In this document: piece after piece, positions 56,135 to 61,496 of the stretch
How the letters are laid out: each line of letters opens with the position of its first letter
How positions within the stretch are numbered: position 1 is the first letter of the stretch
Virus genome (UHGV): UHGV-0350099
Reading direction: 5' to 3' (one strand)
DNA length: 61,496 nucleotides
Origin: a virus
Notes under the pieces: model-generated
Databases searched by the model: none
The model's input: only the letters and a program-made list of their open reading frames with translations
What the model was told of the DNA's origin: nothing
Translations under genes and position numbers: made by a program

Positions 56135-56320
56135 TTTGTTCTGGCGTCTGTAATTAGCCTGCTTCTGTATATATAAATAACTACATATTAATTATTAATA
56201 TACGGAAACAGGCTGTTTTGTATCAGAGACTCCAGACCTGAACATCACTACAGAATCCACTAGAACCCCTTCCCAGACGCTTTAAAATCGATTTTATGAA
56301 CCACTTTAAGGAAAACTAAC

Positions 56321-56551
56321 ATGCCATACCCGACCAATGTTGTTGCGCTCGTAGAGAGCGATTTTCTGGCTAAGGCTCGTGAAATGATGAAAGACCGCGA
56401 GCAGGCTTTCAACTTGTACGAATGGGCAATTAAGTGCTTGCATCTTGGGGAACATCGCGAACTTGTTGAACAGCTTTTAGGTGAGTTGATCAACGAGGTG
56501 TTTGCCTTGAATGTTCAACTACATGGTCGAGAAAATAATCAATCGAAATGA
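56321..56551 (+). CDS. Hypothetical small protein
   Basis: 76-aa ORF. Confidence 0.4.
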   Translation: MPYPTNVVALVESDFLAKAREMMKDREQAFNLYEWAIKCLHLGEHRELVEQLLGELINEVFALNVQLHGRENNQSK

Positions 56552-57135
56552 TAGATAAGTACAAACTATTCATAAAATGAATTGTAAGTGCTAAGATCTG
56601 ATAGTTTCCAGTCGTAGACTGGAGACTCGACCTGATGGGTGGGGGTAAGCGTCACTGGCGTCAGGTTTAAAAAAGCTCACTACCAGCGTAGAACCGGTGC
56701 CGTTTAGGTGTCGGGGAAGGGGGAACCAAAGTGAGCGGAGACAAGGGTCACTTTATGATTGTCGAGTCTGGGGTGTTTCGAGAGGTTGAATCCAGTACTC
56801 CCCTTCATAAAGTGTGGGAAGATCTCGGTTCTGGGGTGCTGTCATCCATAACTTCCCAAGTCTAAGCTGGCAGTAGACTTAGGCCATAACTTTTCAGGTT
56901 ATGAAACGACCAGGTTGGTGAGGGATTTTTATACTCACCTCCCTGGGAGAGTATTACCTGAAAAGACAACCTCTCACTTCGTTCGAGGTGAACTTCACTC
57001 ACTTCGTTCGTTCAGTTCAGGTTTATAAAAACCTGTTCTGGGAAGTAATTTGTTTATTTTAATAATTATTAACACGCACGCGTGTGCGCACGCGCGAGGA
57101 AAAAAATCGGCGCGGCGCTTGATTCAGGAGTTTAT
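56552..57135. other. About 580-bp non-coding region with direct repeats and a GC-rich double palindrome
   Basis: No ORF of 60 aa or more; CACTCACTTCGTTCG tandem repeat near 56985-57015; CACGCGTG/GTGCGCAC palindromes at 57073-57098. Confidence 0.4.
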
Positions 57136-57729
57136 ATGACGACGAAGACACCAGCCCGATCGCAAGACAAAACTCGCAAAAAAGCCAAAAACAAAAATTC
57201 TCCCCGCACCAATTCCACAACGCCTGTCGTAGAGTTCAATCCCCAGCTTAAAACCGTGAAAATCTTCAGTGATGGCTCTTGCCTTAAAAATCCGGGTGGC
57301 CCGGGCGGTTACGGTATAGTTCTCCAGTATCGTGGTGAGGAACGCGAGTTCTCAGATGGTTTTCATAGCACCACCAATAACCGCATGGAGATGATGGGGG
57401 CACTTATCGGGCTGGAGCGTTTGAAATATCCATGCAACGTTATTTTGCACTCTGATAGCCAGTATCTGAAAAACGGCATGACACAGTGGATGAAATGGTG
57501 GAAACGCAATGGATGGGTGACTTCTGACAAAAAACCGGTAAAGAATGTTGATCTGTGGAAGCGTCTGGATGAGGCTGCAAGTCGACATAATGTTCGCTGG
57601 AAGTGGGTTAAAGGTCACGCCGGGCATCGTGAAAATGAAATATGTGATCGACTCGCGAAGATCGCAGCTTTTTCCGCAGCAGATATGCCTCACAAGAAAG
57701 ATATTGGTTTTGTTTACAACAAGCAGTAA
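57136..57729 (+). CDS. rnhA: Ribonuclease HI with basic N-terminal extension
   Basis: [57 protein letters not shown]; start at ATG 57136 after RBS AGGAG. Confidence 0.9.
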   Translation: MTTKTPARSQDKTRKKAKNKNSPRTNSTTPVVEFNPQLKTVKIFSDGSCLKNPGGPGGYGIVLQYRGEEREFSDGFHSTTNNRMEMMGALIGLERLKYPCNVILHSDSQYLKNGMTQWMKWWKRNGWVTSDKKPVKNVDLWKRLDEAASRHNVRWKWVKGHAGHRENEICDRLAKIAAFSAADMPHKKDIGFVYNKQ

Positions 57730-57747
57730 GTAAGTGTTTACCTATCA
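57727..57747. promoter_or_regulatory. Palindromic intergenic motif GTAAGTAAGTGTTTACCTATC
   Basis: Member of dispersed motif family. Confidence 0.4.
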
Positions 57748-57874
57748 TTTTAAATCATGTATCTTATCGGCGTCAGGATGACAATGTGTCGGTAAGACAC
57801 AGTTCCAGGATGGAACGAGAAAGGCGGCTGGCAATCGCCAGCCGCAACTCTTTCTGACACTGGATGGAGTCCAC

Positions 57875-58369
57875 ATGGCACGTCAAACCTATTTCACTTC
57901 TGCAACTAAACGTCCTCGTTCACTACGTCAAATTTTGGCCGAATTATTTAGCGGTCGTGTTCTGTCACGTCTTGATGAACTAGAGACTGCCGTTCGGTTG
58001 CTGAATGAACGTTTAGATAAGCAAGCGTCAGTTGTTGCGAACGTGGGGGCGATTGTTACCTCTGGTTCTTCACGCGAAGCGAAAAGTACACGGCCTTTAG
58101 TGAAGGAGAAAAACAACAAGGACAGTTCGAATGGAAAATTTTCAAAGAAAGAGGCTGAAACCAATGGCCTACGTTCTCATTATAGTTTCACTGGCGACGG
58201 TAGCCGTTCCAGCCGGCCAGAGCCTTTTGATGCCGGGTTCATCCATCACCACACCTCCGTCGACGACAATTACCACCACTCCAGTAGAGCGTCCTGTCAC
58301 TCTGGATGGGATGACGGTGGATGCGATACCTCAAGTTCATCCAGTTACTCAGGATCATGCTGTGACTAA
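57875..58369 (+). CDS. Hypothetical Ser-rich protein
   Basis: 164-aa ORF; low-complexity C-terminus. Confidence 0.4.
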   Translation: MARQTYFTSATKRPRSLRQILAELFSGRVLSRLDELETAVRLLNERLDKQASVVANVGAIVTSGSSREAKSTRPLVKEKNNKDSSNGKFSKKEAETNGLRSHYSFTGDGSRSSRPEPFDAGFIHHHTSVDDNYHHSSRASCHSGWDDGGCDTSSSSSYSGSCCD

Positions 58370-58378
58370 GGCGGTTGT

Positions 58379-58576
58379 ATGAACTGGTTTTCAAATCACT
58401 TTGGAAAAACTTGGCTGGCGATTCTGGCTTTCATAGCTCTCATGGCCGCCGGTTGGGTATCGAACATTGTAAAACTCGTTTGCTCTGGTGATCTCCAGTT
58501 TCAGGCTGGTATGACCTTGGCTCGTGTTGTTGGGATTTTTGTTTTTCCAGTCGGTTCGGTACTTGGTTATTTCTGA
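58379..58576 (+). CDS. Small membrane protein
   Basis: 65 aa with two hydrophobic segments. Confidence 0.35.
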   Translation: MNWFSNHFGKTWLAILAFIALMAAGWVSNIVKLVCSGDLQFQAGMTLARVVGIFVFPVGSVLGYF

Positions 58577-58628
58577 CGGTTGTTAGTGCATATGCATTGC
58601 CCGTCTTTTCGTAAGCAATTCATGTAAC

Positions 58629-58651
58629 TAGAAAACAACTTGTTTTAACAA
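58629..58651. promoter_or_regulatory. AAACAACTTGTTTT palindrome upstream of TerB-like gene
   Basis: TAGAAAACAACTTGTTTTAACAA followed by AAAGGAAAGCACATG. Confidence 0.5.
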
Positions 58652-58669
58652 ATAACAAAAGGAAAGCAC

Positions 58670-59095
58670 ATGTTAGGTTTATTCAAAAAGAAAACTCGTA
58701 AAGCTGTTATCGAGGTCAAAAAAATGGAGAACCGAGATGCGGTTGAAGCCACCGTGTGGGGCGCGTACATGATCTCCTATGCCGATGGCACATGCGACGC
58801 AAAGGAAATTTCCATTCTTGAGAAAACAATTGCAGCTCTGCCTGCGTTTTCTCCGTTTGCTGGTGAGATTGCCCAAATGAGCGCCAATATCCGTGCTCAA
58901 TACGAAGCCTCACCGCGCCGCGCTAATGCCCAGGCTTTACGTGAGCTGGCTGATGTGGCCGGGACTAATGATGCAGTAGATGTACTGTGTCTGTGCCTTG
59001 ATATTGCCGACCAAGACGGTATTGGCGAACAAGAAGAGCTGGCCCTGAAAAAGATCGCACAGGCGCTCCAGTTGTCACTGGATGCTTATCTCTAA
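58670..59095 (+). CDS. TerB-like domain protein
   Basis: 141 aa; pattern AYMISYADGTCDAKEISILEK...CLDIADQDGIGEQEE resembles TerB/tellurite-resistance-like fold; weak. Confidence 0.35.
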   Translation: MLGLFKKKTRKAVIEVKKMENRDAVEATVWGAYMISYADGTCDAKEISILEKTIAALPAFSPFAGEIAQMSANIRAQYEASPRRANAQALRELADVAGTNDAVDVLCLCLDIADQDGIGEQEELALKKIAQALQLSLDAYL

Positions 59096-59255
59096 TGCTT
59101 GAGAGATTCCGGCTTGTGACCGTCATTGCTCTTCTGGTGATGGCGGTGTTGGTGGATTTTACGGGAAAGATGATGTCTGTCATTTCTGATGGCGTCCTCA
59201 TTGGTCTGGCGATCTACTTCGCTTATCCGCTAGTCCGTAAAGCAACGTGTTAATG

Positions 59256-59285
59256 ACAAGGGCCAAATGGCCCTTGTGTTTCGTT
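59256..59285 (+). terminator. Rho-independent terminator
   Basis: ACAAGGGCC-AAAT-GGCCCTTGT followed by GTTTCGTT. Confidence 0.5.
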
Positions 59286-59357
59286 GACCGAAATAGAGAG
59301 TTTGCACCTTTACGTTTAGCTTGCTCCCCTTTTATGCCACATCACAATAAAGCCAAT

Positions 59358-59378
59358 AAGAAAACAACTTGTTTAAGC
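59358..59378. promoter_or_regulatory. AAACAACTTGTTTAA palindrome upstream of 59393 gene
   Basis: AAGAAAACAACTTGTTTAAGC followed by AGGAAAAACACATG. Confidence 0.5.
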
Positions 59379-59392
59379 ATTAGGAAAAACAC

Positions 59393-59962
59393 ATGTGCAA
59401 GAAATGCAAAGCGATAGCTGATGAACAAAACGCCTTATTCGAAGAAATGGATGCTAATGAACTGGTCAAAATGTTAGCCATTCTTCGAGGAATAGAAGAC
59501 GTTTCCATATTTGAGAGAGTGGTTACAGCACTTAATTTTGAGTCCACCTTTGAAGAGCCAACTCAGGTTGTAGCTTTAGCACATCATTTCGGTGTTCATT
59601 ATCTTGCTGAAAAAGAGCGCGCTGATAAGTTGCAGGCGACTTTGGATATGGTGAGCGAGACTCAACGAACTGATGACACTAACAAGAGTGAGGCGATTAT
59701 TGCCAGCAAAGATCGTGAAATTGCTGGGCTTAAATCCTCTCTAACGATGTTGATGTCTGCGTTCAATCTTATGTCTTCTCAGGCGGGTTATAAAATGCCA
59801 TCACTAAACAGCGATGATCCGATGGCCGTTCGTCAGCTTTTGGGAGCAATGGCCGACCAACTCGACGACACAAAGAGTCGGCTTGAAGACATGATGCGTG
59901 AGTTAAGCCATCGACATAACCTCGCAACACAGCCACACAAAGCCTTTCAAAGCTCTAATTGA
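59393..59962 (+). CDS. Hypothetical protein
   Basis: 189-aa ORF with conserved start context. Confidence 0.45.
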   Translation: MCKKCKAIADEQNALFEEMDANELVKMLAILRGIEDVSIFERVVTALNFESTFEEPTQVVALAHHFGVHYLAEKERADKLQATLDMVSETQRTDDTNKSEAIIASKDREIAGLKSSLTMLMSAFNLMSSQAGYKMPSLNSDDPMAVRQLLGAMADQLDDTKSRLEDMMRELSHRHNLATQPHKAFQSSN

Positions 59963-60244
59963 TCTGATATGGCCGCATGATCGGCCATATTGTGTTGATA
60001 AAAAACAAGGATGAAAAATGGCATACGGTACAGGGATTTACAACAATAAAGGAATTAACGTTACTGGCTTCCTTACTCCTATTTTTTTTCTTGATCGATT
60101 TACTGCGTCATCAGGCTCTAAGACGTACTCCAATCCGCCACCGGGTAAATCGCTACATGCCGTGTGGTCATTGATGCCTCTTAACAACGACAACTACATT
60201 AATTTACCTGTTCCAACAGTTACTATTAATGGAAATACGGTTAG

Positions 60245-60916
60245 TTGGTCAAATTTATATACGGGGCTTGGTTCTTACATATACACATACTGGGGATAAT
60301 TATGTTCGGGATGTCAATTACTCAATCAGATGGAAGTTTGTGGATGAGTCCAGAATTTACTCCGCAAAATCTGATTAATAAAGGGACAATGTCTACATCT
60401 AAAGGTTCTGTTTTTCAAACATCAATCCCATCAAACAAATCATGCTTTTTCTTCATAAAAAGCAGTAATAAGGCGAACATGATGTTTATTCATGAGCATA
60501 GTAACGGATACAATGCTCTCAGATTGCATCAGGTAAATGGTAGCCCCGGAACAATAACAGTTTATGCTTTTTCTGATATGGTGTTACCACATTCTGGCTA
60601 TGGCATTGCCATGTATAACAGCGCAGGCGCAATGGTGTATCACGGTGAGATGATGCCCCTTGATGCGAAACTTATCACTATTTCTGACCCTCAATTTACA
60701 ATAGATATGGGGTATCCATGTGCGGTAATGCCTGCTATGGTTGGGGTATATAACTATAGACGAACCGATTACGACAGACCTGTCTATGTAACTATGACCG
60801 GTGCAACTGGAAACCAAGTATATAACGGTCAATGGTATTCCGGTAATGTCACATGGGATATTAAGAAGATTTATACAAACAAAATCCTGGTTATAAATAC
60901 CTCAAAGTATGATTAG
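60245..60916 (+). CDS. Hypothetical protein (AT-rich gene); true start may be internal ATG
   Basis: 223-aa ORF in low-GC segment; overlapping 60018-60299 ORF may be alternative/upstream gene. Confidence 0.35.
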   Translation: MVKFIYGAWFLHIHILGIIMFGMSITQSDGSLWMSPEFTPQNLINKGTMSTSKGSVFQTSIPSNKSCFFFIKSSNKANMMFIHEHSNGYNALRLHQVNGSPGTITVYAFSDMVLPHSGYGIAMYNSAGAMVYHGEMMPLDAKLITISDPQFTIDMGYPCAVMPAMVGVYNYRRTDYDRPVYVTMTGATGNQVYNGQWYSGNVTWDIKKIYTNKILVINTSKYD

Positions 60917-61019
60917 CAAATACCTTTATTTAAAGGATTGCCTGTTAATTTCTATTTAGCACCTTTTCATTTTTGAAATAATTGCACCATTAAACAAATC
61001 TTTTCTTAATGGTGCAATT

Positions 61020-61496
61020 ATGAATACAGCTCTTTCCATCATCGACGATGCCAACTCAAACACTGCTATCGATTATCGTCAGGAAATGAACGTCATCCAC
61101 GAAATTGTGGCCGAGTGCGAGAAAGAGATCGCCTTCATGTATCAGGTTCACGACTTCGTTTATGGAGACGAACGCCACAACATGATTAATCGCCTGCTGC
61201 AACTGAACCACCGACCAGATGAAGAACGCTCACGTTTGAATCGAGCTTGGCTGGATAAAGTCGATCTGGAATGGGTGAAACAGAATATTTGGGCCGAGTA
61301 CTGGAGGAAGGTCACGGATATGACTAACGTTCTGCTGATCATGCCAGCTTCCCGTCGTGACGAGTGGTATGAGCAATTTATCGAGGGCAAGCAGGAAGTC
61401 ATCAAAACTGACAGAACCGGCTATCAGATGAAGGTTAAAGAGTTCGTTGGTGTACCTGAGTTCAAAGTGGATACAGACATCCCTACGATGGCTTGA
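61020..61496 (+). CDS. Hypothetical protein
   Basis: 158-aa ORF ending with TGA at window end. Confidence 0.45.
   Translation: MNTALSIIDDANSNTAIDYRQEMNVIHEIVAECEKEIAFMYQVHDFVYGDERHNMINRLLQLNHRPDEERSRLNRAWLDKVDLEWVKQNIWAEYWRKVTDMTNVLLIMPASRRDEWYEQFIEGKQEVIKTDRTGYQMKVKEFVGVPEFKVDTDIPTMA

Noticed and set aside
57082-57135. Extended N-terminus (start 57082) for RNase H
   Set aside because: The first 18 codons run through the GC-rich palindrome region with no RBS; ATG 57136 is preceded by AGGAG at proper spacing.
1-61496. Interpretation of the window as a strictly lytic T5-like or other virulent phage
   Set aside because: Tail fibre, tRNAs and NrdAB would fit, but the RepA-iteron replicon, ParA pair, TA module, tyrosine recombinase and XRE repressor point to a temperate phage-plasmid lifestyle; polymerase type (DnaE) also differs from T5.

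Overview
This window reads as one large tailed-phage genome segment that also carries a plasmid-type maintenance backbone, i.e. a phage-plasmid; gene content recalls the SSU5/pHCM2-type elements, but that is from memory and untested. All calls come from reading the sequence and translated ORFs by eye, with no database search. Left end: the 3' part of a long tail-fibre gene (open from base 1, with a C-terminal S74-type intramolecular chaperone domain), a Gly-rich protein and a lysis cassette with overlapping spanin genes. Then a minus-strand accessory island (GNAT/RHH toxin-antitoxin pair, unknown 357-aa protein) next to a ParA/RHH partition pair. The bulk is a plus-strand DNA replication, recombination and nucleotide metabolism module: helicase, primase, ligase, DnaE-type polymerase, DnaQ-like exonuclease, SSB, flap exonuclease, RecA-like recombinase split by a LAGLIDADG intein, SbcCD, RuvC-like, NrdAB, ThyA, DHFR, RNase H, Dam-like methyltransferase, and a CobT/CobS-like vWA/AAA+ pair. 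Embedded in it are a 4-tRNA cluster with a family of long hairpins, a tyrosine recombinase with a convergent XRE repressor, a cspA-like gene with its own promoter, and an iteron-type RepA replicon (iterons on both sides, GATC heptamers, DnaA-like boxes, origin module tandemly duplicated). Two dispersed intergenic motif families (a TAAGTA/TACTTA palindrome at about 15 sites; AAACAA-N-TTGTTT at 6 sites) and a conserved AAAGGAAAAACACATG start context suggest a repressor regulon and an early promoter class. No rRNA or CRISPR array was found.
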